Below are positions 47,774-56,589 of a stretch of DNA of 64,000 nt, one piece after another. The DNA is taken from positions 37,820 through 101,819 of the forward strand of contig JACROE010000002.1 in assembly GCA_016214565.1 (NCBI GenBank), in the 5' to 3' direction. The translations under genes were made by a program, and so were the position numbers. Under the pieces are notes generated by a model, which saw only the letters and a list, made by a program, of their open reading frames with translations, had not been told where the DNA came from and ran no database searches. Each line of letters opens with the position of its first letter. Position 1 is the first letter of the stretch. This DNA is from Candidatus Kerfeldbacteria bacterium. GTDB lineage: Bacteria; Patescibacteriota; Patescibacteriia; UBA10025; JAHIVO01.

Positions 47774-48880
47774 ATGGCATACCGCGCACTGAGGAGGGTG
47801 GTTATGATTGCGCTTTTCGGGGCGTTAATTATAGCTGGATTATCGAGTACCCCGACACAGGCATTAGTCGGCAATAATGCACCTGAGATCACCTCTACCC
47901 CGCCGCTAACCATCCAGGCGGATGAAGCCTATGGCTATACCCTGGCTGCCACTGATACAAATAGTGATACACTCACCTGGCAACTAACGGTCAAACCAAA
48001 CGGTATGACCCTGGCGGGAAACACTATCAGCTGGAATCCGAGCATTGTCGGCACCTACAATGTCGTCGCTGAAGTAACTGATGGCAAGGATGGGTATGAC
48101 ACACAAGTCTGGCAAATCTCCGTCATACCTGGTGTAACTACACGGGTAACGATTGAGCCAAATGCTAACCTCTCCCCGATTATTCTCGGCCTCAGCAAGC
48201 AGTTTACCGTTTCAGCAATCGACGCTGAGGGGAATGCTACCAGCACCGCTGGCGTAGTCTGGAGTGCAGATTCAGCTATCGGCACGATTGGAACCGATGG
48301 ATTGTTCCAAGCTGAGCGTGGCGGCACCGGAATGATCACCGCAACGCTTGATGGTGTCAGTCAATCAGTGTCGCTAACCGTTGTGGATACGCGCGATGAC
48401 CAAGTCAGCCCGGCAACCAATGCGAATACGAATACCGCCGCACCAACAAATACCAATACCACAGTAACCAATACGAATACGGCTGGTGCAACGAATTCTA
48501 GCACCAACGAAAATGCCAACGAAGTTGCATCTAATACCAATACGGAAACTCCAGCCTCCGAAACTCCGGCGACAACCACTGATAAACAGCCCTGCGTCAA
48601 TCTGGTGCATTGGGCCATCATCGTGATTCTACTCGCCTACGGCCTGATCGTCATCCTCTACTACCGGTACGAACGAACGGCGCCGACACCAGCCTGGTGG
48701 ATATTGCCTCTCCTCGTTACTATTATCGCACTGATCATCTACTACCAACAGATTTGCCCAGGCGAATACCTCTGGTGGCCCTGGGCCATCGTCGGCATCG
48801 GCGTGATTGCTACCATCTACTACAAAGGCAAACGCGGTGGCGATGCGGGAGAAGATGTGCAAACCAAATTGCCGATCTAA
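47774..48880 (+). CDS. Surface protein with an Ig-like and a Big_2 domain, an N/T-rich low-complexity region and a C-terminal 2-3 TM anchor
   Basis: 368 aa. Signal peptide. Big_2 pattern FTVSAIDAEGNA...VVWSADSAIGTIGTDGLFQAERGGTGMITATLDGVSQSVSLTV. Low-complexity NTNT repeats. Hydrophobic C-terminus. Confidence 0.6.
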   Translation: MAYRALRRVVMIALFGALIIAGLSSTPTQALVGNNAPEITSTPPLTIQADEAYGYTLAATDTNSDTLTWQLTVKPNGMTLAGNTISWNPSIVGTYNVVAEVTDGKDGYDTQVWQISVIPGVTTRVTIEPNANLSPIILGLSKQFTVSAIDAEGNATSTAGVVWSADSAIGTIGTDGLFQAERGGTGMITATLDGVSQSVSLTVVDTRDDQVSPATNANTNTAAPTNTNTTVTNTNTAGATNSSTNENANEVASNTNTETPASETPATTTDKQPCVNLVHWAIIVILLAYGLIVILYYRYERTAPTPAWWILPLLVTIIALIIYYQQICPGEYLWWPWAIVGIGVIATIYYKGKRGGDAGEDVQTKLPI

Positions 48881-48887
48881 CCATCAA

Positions 48888-48930
48888 TTCAAAAAACCGC
48901 CCCATGGCTGAAAGCGCCCGGGGTGGTTTT
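48888..48930. terminator. Bidirectional rho-independent terminator, Big_2 gene against uppP
   Basis: aaaaaaccgcccc, a loop, then ggggtggtttttt, with T-runs on both strands. Confidence 0.6.
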
Positions 48931-49749
48931 TTATTTCAATAATACGTAGACAACCAGCGTCAAACCAAATGCAATCCGATAATAACCAAACACGTTGAGG
49001 GGGTGCTGCACTAAAAACTTCAGCAAAAACCGAATTGCCCCGTAGCCTACGATTGCGGAAACGACGAATCCGGCTGCCATCAGCAGCCAAGCATTGCCAC
49101 TGACGCCCTCAGAAAAAACTTTCAGCATTTGATTAATGCCCGCGGCAAAGACTATTGGGATTGAAAGCAAAAAAGAAAATCGAGCTGCCGTGGAACGAGA
49201 AAAACCGGCGCCTAAGCCAGCTAATATCGTCGCGCCAGACCGAGACACGCCTGGCACCAGCGCCAATGCCTGTGCCATACCGATCACTAACGTTCCGCGC
49301 CAGCCCAAGGCAGCTAAATCCTTAGTCGGCTTCAGATATCGCTCGAAGAGAATAAACAGGATGCCGCCCAGAATCAGCATGCTCGCCACCACCCAGACCG
49401 CCCGCACCGACGACTCGATCCAGTCCCCGAGGAAAAATCCAACGGCCGCAGCAGGAATCGTGCCCAGAACCAGCAGCCACGCCAATCGCTGATTAGCGTC
49501 AGTTTTTACTTGAAAATTGGCAAGGCTGCGCGCAAATGCTACAATGTACAGGCGAATGTCGCTCCAGAAATAGATGAAAAGCGCTACCAGCGTTCCGAGG
49601 TGGAGTGCTACGTCAAAGCTTAAACTATCAATAAAATCGAATTTCAGCACATCGTGGGCGATGACCAAATGCCCCGAGCTGGAAATCGGCCAAAACTCAG
49701 TTAACCCCTGTATTGCTCCAAAGAGCATTGCATATAAGAAATCTATCAT
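48931..49749 (-). CDS. uppP: Undecaprenyl-diphosphatase
   Basis: 272 aa. GLTEFWPISSSGHL (BacA motif), 8 TM helices. Confidence 0.9.
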   Translation of the reverse strand: MIDFLYAMLFGAIQGLTEFWPISSSGHLVIAHDVLKFDFIDSLSFDVALHLGTLVALFIYFWSDIRLYIVAFARSLANFQVKTDANQRLAWLLVLGTIPAAAVGFFLGDWIESSVRAVWVVASMLILGGILFILFERYLKPTKDLAALGWRGTLVIGMAQALALVPGVSRSGATILAGLGAGFSRSTAARFSFLLSIPIVFAAGINQMLKVFSEGVSGNAWLLMAAGFVVSAIVGYGAIRFLLKFLVQHPLNVFGYYRIAFGLTLVVYVLLK

Positions 49750-49752
49750 ACT

Positions 49753-50190
49753 ATGGCTATCTGGATAGAATTAATTGGTGCTCCCATCCTGACGATGATC
49801 GTCGTCCAGTCGATTAAACTGGCTACGGACGGCATTAAAGGCAATTTTACCATAAAAGGCTTCATGACGACATATGGAGGCATGCCTTCCGGCCATTCCG
49901 CCTATGTCACCGCTTTGACCACTTCAGTGGGCTTTAATTACGGGGTAGAAACCCCGGTCTTTGCCGTGGCAGTCATATTTTCGCTCCTCGTCATCACGGA
50001 TGCCATGTATTTACGGCGGCGCATTGACCTGGTGGCAAAAGCCGCCAATCACATCGTGGCGACGCTTCCGGCTGACCAGCGCAGCGGCTTCACCAAGCTG
50101 GAAACGAAAATCGAGCATACGTTCCCCCAGGTAGCGGTTGGTGCCCTCTGTGGCTTTATCATCGCCTACCTGCTCCATCTCTGGAATTAA
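49753..50190 (+). CDS. Divergent PAP2 / DUF212 family membrane protein
   Basis: 145 aa with a GGMPSGHSA motif. Confidence 0.55.
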   Translation: MAIWIELIGAPILTMIVVQSIKLATDGIKGNFTIKGFMTTYGGMPSGHSAYVTALTTSVGFNYGVETPVFAVAVIFSLLVITDAMYLRRRIDLVAKAANHIVATLPADQRSGFTKLETKIEHTFPQVAVGALCGFIIAYLLHLWN

Positions 50191-51057
50191 TCACCGCTGG
50201 CACTGTGGACAATAGGTGGTCCCCCGACCGCCGATTTTGAGTCCGCGGATGATCGTGCCGCACCGATGACACGACTGTCCCGCTCGACCGTACATCTGCA
50301 GCCGCGGAAAATATTTACCCGGTTCGCCATAGGCATCCACGTACCGGTCAGCTGAAGAGCCTTGGGCAGCCACCGCCCGGCGTAAAATAACTTTGATTGA
50401 CTGATACAATGCCGTCGCTTCGGCCTGGGTGATGGTTTTGACACGGCGCATAGGCTTGATATGAGCACGGAAGAGCGATTCAATTGCATAAATATTTCCA
50501 ATACCTGCAATGGCTGTCTGATCTAGCAATAATTGCTTGATAGTCGTGCCGGGGCGGCGTTTCAAAAGCCCGTCAAAATAATCCAGCGTAAAATCTGACA
50601 ACAATGGTTCGGGTCCCATTGCGATTTTCTTGAAATATTGATCAATTGATGGCGTGGGTAGTAATTCTAAAAATCCAAACTGGCGCAAGTCATTGAAATA
50701 AACGGTGCCGCCATTACTAAACTGAAATACGACATGGGTATAGCGATTTGGTAATCCATCAGTGCCTCGGGGAATTGGATGTCCGCCCACCCGCATCGTT
50801 CGCCCGCGCCGGTAAATCAGTTGGCCGGTCATTTTCAGATGGAGCATGATCGATTGACCTCCCTGCAGCACCCAATACAAATATTTTCCCCGGCGCTTGA
50901 TGGACAGGATGCGTTTCCCTCGCACCAGCCGAGCAAACCGAACCGCACTCCCCCGAATAATCTTCGGCAGGCGAACCGTCACCCGGGAAATCAAAACACC
51001 GACCAACTCATGTTCAAGCTGTCGACGAATAGTCTCTACTTCGGGAAGCTCCGGCAT
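50191..51057 (-). CDS. mutM: Formamidopyrimidine-DNA glycosylase
   Basis: 288 aa. N-terminal MPELPEVE, H2TH, and a C-terminal zinc finger CHRCG...CPQCQ. Confidence 0.9.
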   Translation of the reverse strand: MPELPEVETIRRQLEHELVGVLISRVTVRLPKIIRGSAVRFARLVRGKRILSIKRRGKYLYWVLQGGQSIMLHLKMTGQLIYRRGRTMRVGGHPIPRGTDGLPNRYTHVVFQFSNGGTVYFNDLRQFGFLELLPTPSIDQYFKKIAMGPEPLLSDFTLDYFDGLLKRRPGTTIKQLLLDQTAIAGIGNIYAIESLFRAHIKPMRRVKTITQAEATALYQSIKVILRRAVAAQGSSADRYVDAYGEPGKYFPRLQMYGRAGQSCHRCGTIIRGLKIGGRGTTYCPQCQR

Positions 51058-51059
51058 GA

Positions 51060-51512
51060 CTAAATATTCAACCGATTCTTCAGGATATTGTGATAGATGT
51101 CTTTACGAGTAACAATGCCAAGGATGGTGTTATCCTGGCCAACGACTACAACGCGATGAATACCCCGCACCAGCATGATCGAACCTACCTGCATCAAGGA
51201 TGCGTCAGGATTCACCGTCACCACTTCGCGGGTCATCAGGTCTACGATCGGCTTATCAGCCGCCTCGACAGTCCGTTCTTCGAGCTGATCCAAATCAATC
51301 CACACCCCAGGGCTATCGTAGAATTCAGCATGAGAGGGGTACAACGCTTTAAATATATCCTTTTCTGAAATAATGCCAATCAAGATGCCCTGTGCATTTG
51401 TTATCGGAGCACCTGAGACATTGTGTTCGCTCAAGATCTTAGCAGTTTCCAAGAGCGTAGCCCGCTCCGGAACCGTAATGACCTTCGTTATCATGATGTC
51501 TTTGACCTTCAT
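51060..51512 (-). CDS. CBS-domain pair protein
   Basis: 150 aa with two CBS motifs (VKDIMITKVITV... and LMTREVVTVNPD...). Confidence 0.8.
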   Translation of the reverse strand: MKVKDIMITKVITVPERATLLETAKILSEHNVSGAPITNAQGILIGIISEKDIFKALYPSHAEFYDSPGVWIDLDQLEERTVEAADKPIVDLMTREVVTVNPDASLMQVGSIMLVRGIHRVVVVGQDNTILGIVTRKDIYHNILKNRLNI

Positions 51513-51594
51513 AACCCTAGTATACCCTAAATACCTAATTTAATAAACGCCACGAAAAACTTGCTCTCCCCCGGTCCTTTCTCAATCAATGGCT

Positions 51595-51804
51595 TCAAAA
51601 TGGCTTATCGGGAAACGTATACTTTCGTTGGTACTCTTTATGCTCTTCAATTTTTGTATCCGAGGCATGCTGGCCTTTTTCCGTAGCATGCATAAAATAG
51701 AGAATCATGCCTAATCCCACTCCAATGACAATGGGCAACCCCATCCCTTCCGGATCAGTCGCCCAGTCAAAGACGATTTCAAATAGTGAATGCAGATCAC
51801 TCAT
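51595..51804 (-). CDS. Small hypothetical membrane protein
   Basis: 69 aa with one TM segment (LPIVIGVGLGMILYF). Overlaps the upstream gene by 8 nt. Confidence 0.35.
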   Translation of the reverse strand: MSDLHSLFEIVFDWATDPEGMGLPIVIGVGLGMILYFMHATEKGQHASDTKIEEHKEYQRKYTFPDKPF

Positions 51805-52240
51805 GGGTAGTTAGGACGAGCTCAACGTGCTTCTTCAAACCAATAATGGTGAAGGTAAGCGCAATCGCGTATAAAATCAATCCATAGGCACACGCTGGCA
51901 GCGATGATAATTCGTAGTCTTGCACGAACAATTCGTAGTACGTTAAGAATCCTGAGAAAAGGACGCCTACAATAGTAACCACCAAGAGCGCATTAAGGTA
52001 CGCGCGCATGTTTGATTTCATCATGCCAATGACGGCAAGAATTGAGGTAAGCGAAAACATAAAAAATCCATAGACACAGGTCGGCAGTCCAAAGATAAGA
52101 ATCGGTTCTGGGCCACCGCACTTGAGAAAAGCGTTGGTGCAACCCGGGCCCCATAAGTTATACCATGAAAGGTATCCGGATAGAGCCGCTCCCCCGAGAC
52201 CAGCTAGTAAAATGACTATAAATATCGTCTTGAATTTCAT
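51797..52240 (-). CDS. Polytopic membrane protein with paired loop cysteines, possibly VKOR/DoxX-like
   Basis: 147 aa, 4 TM helices. GPGCTNAFLKCGG loop, then LPTCVYG and LPACAYG. Confidence 0.4.
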   Translation of the reverse strand: MKFKTIFIVILLAGLGGAALSGYLSWYNLWGPGCTNAFLKCGGPEPILIFGLPTCVYGFFMFSLTSILAVIGMMKSNMRAYLNALLVVTIVGVLFSGFLTYYELFVQDYELSSLPACAYGLILYAIALTFTIIGLKKHVELVLTTHE

Positions 52241-52260
52241 AATGATAATATTGTAATTAA

Positions 52261-53451
52261 TTATTTTATTGCGCCGTGTTTCTTTCCCACCTTTTCGAAA
52301 GCAGCTAACGCTTGGTCAAGCTGCGCCGTGGTGTGTGCGGCGCTGATTTGCACGCGAATGCGCGCCTTTCCTTCAGGCACGACTGGATAGCTAAAGCCGA
52401 TCACGTAAATCCCTTCTTCCAGCAGATCTTTAGCCATGGCCGTTGCCACTTTTGCGTCGTACAGCATCACCGGGACGATCGGATGCTCACCCGGGCGTAC
52501 GTCCAGTCCCAACTGAGAAATCCCCTGACGGAAATGCTGAGTATTCTGGCGCAGCGTTTCTCGCAACGTACTGTCTTGCTGTACCAGCTGGATTGCCGCT
52601 ATGGATGTTGCCGCAATGGCTGGCGCGAGGGTATTTGAAAATAGATATGGTCGGGAACGTTGGCGCAAATAATCAACAATCTCCTGTGAAGCGGCAGTAA
52701 AGCCACCCGAGGCTCCCCCCAGGGCTTTTCCTAAAGTACTGGTAATGATATCAACTTTATCCAGTACTCCCCGATATTCAGCTGAACCACGGCCGTGATC
52801 GCCAATAAAGCCGGTGGCATGGGAATCGTCAACCATGACGAGCGCCCCATATTTCTCGGCTAAGGCAACTACCTGGTCAATATGGGCAATATCACCATCC
52901 ATGCTAAAGACGCCGTCCGTGACGATTAACTTCCGTTTGAAACTCTGAGCTTCCTTCAATTTCGCTTCCAGATCTGCCATATCATCATGTTCTGCCAGTA
53001 AGCGGTTTGCTTTGCACAGGCGAATGCCATCAATGATGCTCGCGTGATTAAGCTTATCAGAAATAATGACGTCGTCAGGGCCAAGCAAGGTTTCAAATAA
53101 TCCCGCATTCGCGTCAAAACAAGATGAGTACAAAATTGCATCGTCTTTTTGCAAAAAATCAGCAATCGTACGCTCTAATTCTTTATGAACCGTTTGGGTA
53201 CCACAGATAAATCGGACCGATGACATGCCGTAGCCATACTCATCCAGCCCCTTTTTCGCCGCAGCAATCAACGCCGGATGATTACTGAGGCCCAGATAAT
53301 TATTTGCACAAAAATTCAATACTTTCTTCCCATTGGTAATGATTGCTACCCCCTGAGGCGTTTCAATCACCCGTTCGGCTTTATACAATCCCTTTTCTTT
53401 AATCTCCGCTAGCTCCCCGGCAAGCGCGTCCCGTATTGTCTTGTCAATCAT
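52261..53451 (-). CDS. kbl: Glycine C-acetyltransferase (2-amino-3-ketobutyrate CoA ligase)
   Basis: 396 aa, collinear with E. coli Kbl ([62 protein letters not shown]). Confidence 0.9.
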   Translation of the reverse strand: MIDKTIRDALAGELAEIKEKGLYKAERVIETPQGVAIITNGKKVLNFCANNYLGLSNHPALIAAAKKGLDEYGYGMSSVRFICGTQTVHKELERTIADFLQKDDAILYSSCFDANAGLFETLLGPDDVIISDKLNHASIIDGIRLCKANRLLAEHDDMADLEAKLKEAQSFKRKLIVTDGVFSMDGDIAHIDQVVALAEKYGALVMVDDSHATGFIGDHGRGSAEYRGVLDKVDIITSTLGKALGGASGGFTAASQEIVDYLRQRSRPYLFSNTLAPAIAATSIAAIQLVQQDSTLRETLRQNTQHFRQGISQLGLDVRPGEHPIVPVMLYDAKVATAMAKDLLEEGIYVIGFSYPVVPEGKARIRVQISAAHTTAQLDQALAAFEKVGKKHGAIK

Positions 53452-53462
53452 ACATGTAGCTA

Positions 53463-53732
53463 TTACTTATTACTGATGCCTCTCTTTTTTAATTCGTGTT
53501 CTATATCATGGGCTAATCGATTGCCGATACCTTGAATTTTTTCCAATCCGACCAACCACCCGTGCTGGTAGATATCATCCAAACCGCGATCCAATTGGCG
53601 GATTGCGGTGGCCGCTCGAAGGTAGGCAAACGATCGAAACTTATACCGCTCCCCTTTTGCCTGAAGTGCTTGGGCTTTTCCCGAGAACACCTCAGCGATC
53701 TCGGCGTTCAGCTGTGCTTGTGCCGGTGTCAT
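53463..53732 (-). CDS. Small helix-hairpin-helix (PolX N-terminal-like) protein
   Basis: 89 aa. [16 protein letters not shown]...[21 protein letters not shown]. Confidence 0.45.
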   Translation of the reverse strand: MTPAQAQLNAEIAEVFSGKAQALQAKGERYKFRSFAYLRAATAIRQLDRGLDDIYQHGWLVGLEKIQGIGNRLAHDIEHELKKRGISNK

Positions 53733-54049
53733 AGGGTAAAAGCGCTCGGATCAAGCTCATGCCAATCATTATTTTTCCAGACGGACGCCGTAAACGTATG
53801 GACAAATTCTGAATCAGAATATTGATACTGCACCGATGTCTCTCCGCCGATCCGGTGTGAACCCATGCCTCGAGTCCCCATCACTTTTGGAGAAGTAGTG
53901 CGCGCCAACTTCATCTTTCCCAGCGGACCCGTAAAAATAATATACTCCACCGTACCTGGACGATCGTCGATCGGCTTCGTATCATGCTCCTCAACGGGAA
54001 AACTATCTTTTACTTTTTGGATGATCTCCTGCCAGCGATCGTCGTGCAT
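53729..54049 (-). CDS. Hypothetical protein
   Basis: 106 aa, no motif. Overlaps its neighbours (ATGA coupling at 53729-53732). Confidence 0.35.
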   Translation of the reverse strand: MHDDRWQEIIQKVKDSFPVEEHDTKPIDDRPGTVEYIIFTGPLGKMKLARTTSPKVMGTRGMGSHRIGGETSVQYQYSDSEFVHTFTASVWKNNDWHELDPSAFTL

Positions 54050-54485
54050 ATACGCGTTGTTTATTATGATGCAGCATGAGGAATTGATGGGCGCTTTTCA
54101 GTATAACTTTTGACGGTGGATATGACAACCGAGTCTGCGCCGATCTGAATGGTAGCCAAGAGAAGGCTAAATTCTCGTCGTCCAGCTGTACCGAGGTCTT
54201 CTTGGTTTCTGCCAGAAAATATACAACTTCCTTACGCACCCGCTTATGATAGTAATTAGTAAATGTCCAGCTCCGCGTCTGCCGAAAACCAGGGATAAAG
54301 GTCAGCCCCCGTAGCCCTGTTTCTTCGCGAATTTCACGAACCGCTGTATGATGCTCTGTTTCATGGCCTTCGACATGCCCACGTACAAATTCCCACACCC
54401 CATGGCGATACTGAACGAGCAAGTAGCGTACCTGATTCGCCTGGTTATGAAAAATGACTGCTCCGACAGACTTCTCTCGTACCAT
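54003..54485 (-). CDS. NUDIX hydrolase
   Basis: 160 aa. Nudix box GHVEGHETEHHTAVREIREETGL. Confidence 0.75.
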   Translation of the reverse strand: MVREKSVGAVIFHNQANQVRYLLVQYRHGVWEFVRGHVEGHETEHHTAVREIREETGLRGLTFIPGFRQTRSWTFTNYYHKRVRKEVVYFLAETKKTSVQLDDENLAFSWLPFRSAQTRLSYPPSKVILKSAHQFLMLHHNKQRVYARRSLAGDHPKSKR

Positions 54486-54528
54486 AAAACGTACTCCGAT
54501 TGAGTGCTCAATTTACCTCAATTGTAGG

Positions 54529-54675
54529 CTACATCAGCATCCAAACCACGACCCCAATAACAACAATAACCACCAGGACAATCAACCAGGTACCCATGCC
54601 GCTTTTCTTCGGCTGGTCCTGGCCACCCTGTGGCTGGGCCATAGACGGTTGCTGCTGCGGTTGTTGCTCATCCAT
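54529..54675 (-). CDS. Unlisted 48-aa Q/P-rich small membrane protein
   Basis: MDEQQPQQQPSMAQPQGGQDQPKKSGMGTWLIVLVVIVVIGVVVWMLM. Absent from the six-frame track because it is below the 60-aa cutoff. A single C-terminal TM segment. Confidence 0.3.
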   Translation of the reverse strand: MDEQQPQQQPSMAQPQGGQDQPKKSGMGTWLIVLVVIVVIGVVVWMLM

Positions 54676-54749
54676 ATATATGCAGTCAGACCTTATTAGC
54701 TACTTAATACCTACAGTATATGAGAAAACCGCACTTTCGTCTACCATGG

Positions 54750-55301
54750 CTACCCCTGGAAATATAAAAGCAATGAAGCCAGCAAATATGGGTCTTTTAT
54801 CTGCCGGGTCCGAATCATGCGCCGCACCTCCGCCCGGGTATACCAAACCGGTTGCAAATACTCCCCCTGGTCAAGCTGGTTAGTGCCTGGCGTCAATCTA
54901 GTTGCAATATACGTATAAAAGAATGTGTCGGAATTCGCTGGGCTAGCATAAAAAGTGCCCAACAGTCGAACGGAGCGTGCCTGATATCCCGTCTCTTCCA
55001 TCAGCTCGCGTTTTGCTCCCTGCAGCGGTGTTTCACCAGGATCTACCTCCCCGCCCACTGGTCCGATAATAACCTTTTGCAATGGATAACGATACTCGCG
55101 CAGCAGTAATATTCTCCCACGCGCATCAACAGGCAGAATAAAAGCAGATTTCTTTCCGCGATTCGTCAGGTAATATTCCCGGCGGGTTCCATCGGGTAAT
55201 TCAATAATATCTTTCTGAAACCCAACTCGCTGATTTACCAGAATTGGAATTGTCTTAATGCGTTTAATTTTCTTGATACCAAAGGCTCGCCGCATACTCA
55301 C
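54750..55301 (-). CDS. NUDIX hydrolase, ADP-ribose pyrophosphatase-like
   Basis: 183 aa. GGEVDPGETPLQGAKRELMEETG. Confidence 0.75.
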   Translation of the reverse strand: MSMRRAFGIKKIKRIKTIPILVNQRVGFQKDIIELPDGTRREYYLTNRGKKSAFILPVDARGRILLLREYRYPLQKVIIGPVGGEVDPGETPLQGAKRELMEETGYQARSVRLLGTFYASPANSDTFFYTYIATRLTPGTNQLDQGEYLQPVWYTRAEVRRMIRTRQIKDPYLLASLLLYFQG

Positions 55302-56191
55302 TGAGCTAATAAGTAGATACCACTAATAATAAGCGTAATCGCAATAAACTTATTAATCAATCCCGACTTCGTTATTGGCTCCCGCAATACCTGAGGAAAC
55401 CAGCGAGAGAGAATCAGGCCCCAGACAAAAATAAAAAAATACTGGAGCGAAGCTATGGTCTCTACCAGGGCGAGATACCAAACGGATAAAGCAATCGTAT
55501 AGAGCAATTCTGCGCCAAACCCGACGAGGTCGGTAATAATGCTGAGCGCTAAAATATTCCAGGTGACGCGCTGCATTGTTTCTCGAATATGTCGTCGCCA
55601 AATAAGTATGAGTAGTACCCCGGCCGCAGCCTGCAGCAAACCAGCGCTGGCAAATACCGAACCGTAACTAAAATCCGCTAAGAGCGTCTTGATAATGACG
55701 GCGTGAAGCGCAAAGGCGGTTCCACTCAAGAGCATGAACCGAAGCAGCCGGCCACGAAATATGCTGCGCCAATCCCCTGCCGCTGAAATGAGAATAGCGC
55801 CAATCAAAACAGTAGCAATGCCAAGGTATTGGATAAAAGAAAAAACTTCTCTCAAAAATACAGCGCTCATTAATACGATAAGCGCCGAGCCCAATCCAAA
55901 AAGTGGCACTACTCGAGACGCTTCTTCTGTCCGTAGCGCAGACAAATAACCAAACACCGCCACCAAATAACAAGCCGCTGCCGCTCCAGCCAGAAACCAC
56001 CCATCACCCGATACCAGCGGAAACCAAATTAATAAAACTCCGCCGATAAGGCCGGAGGCCAAGCTCAATGACAGCACGAGCAAAGCGGTACTTTGGACCA
56101 AGCGGCTGGCTAATACCTTATGAACGATATTGCCAATTGACCAAATTAGGCCAGCGCTCAGTGCCAGGGAAAAACCGAGTGCGACGTTCAT
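55298..56191 (-). CDS. Ten-TM membrane protein, EamA/DMT-like transporter
   Basis: 297 aa. Two repeated 5-TM halves. Overlaps both flanking genes by 4 nt. Confidence 0.45.
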   Translation of the reverse strand: MNVALGFSLALSAGLIWSIGNIVHKVLASRLVQSTALLVLSLSLASGLIGGVLLIWFPLVSGDGWFLAGAAAACYLVAVFGYLSALRTEEASRVVPLFGLGSALIVLMSAVFLREVFSFIQYLGIATVLIGAILISAAGDWRSIFRGRLLRFMLLSGTAFALHAVIIKTLLADFSYGSVFASAGLLQAAAGVLLILIWRRHIRETMQRVTWNILALSIITDLVGFGAELLYTIALSVWYLALVETIASLQYFFIFVWGLILSRWFPQVLREPITKSGLINKFIAITLIISGIYLLAQ

Positions 56192-56574
56192 TTCTTCTTT
56201 TTCAATTGTTCAACATCTGCAGTCATTTTAGTGACCATCAGTTTAATTTCTTGAATCGCGGATTCGGCTCGCTGGTCAACTTCATAATCCAGCTGTTCAC
56301 GAATTTCATTCCGGCGCGCCTCCCGATTTTGGGCGATCAAAACAAACGTGGACAGAAAAATTGCCTCAAGGGAAACAATAAACGTCATAAAATTAAACGG
56401 GTAGGGATCCCAACTCTTTTCCCCGGCGAGCCAATTGCCAATAACCCACACAAAAAATACTGCCACGTGCAGCCAAACAAATGACATATTGCCAGTGAAG
56501 GAAGCGATACGAATTGCCAGTCGGTCAGACCAGGTTAATTTCTCTTCAAATACCTTTTTTGGATGAAGTACCAT
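56188..56574 (-). CDS. DUF1003-like membrane protein
   Basis: 128 aa. WSDRLAIRIASFTGNMSFVWLHVAVFFVWVIGNW, followed by a charged coiled-coil tail. Confidence 0.45.
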   Translation of the reverse strand: MVLHPKKVFEEKLTWSDRLAIRIASFTGNMSFVWLHVAVFFVWVIGNWLAGEKSWDPYPFNFMTFIVSLEAIFLSTFVLIAQNREARRNEIREQLDYEVDQRAESAIQEIKLMVTKMTADVEQLKKKK

Positions 56575-56589
56575 ATAGCACGTATATTA

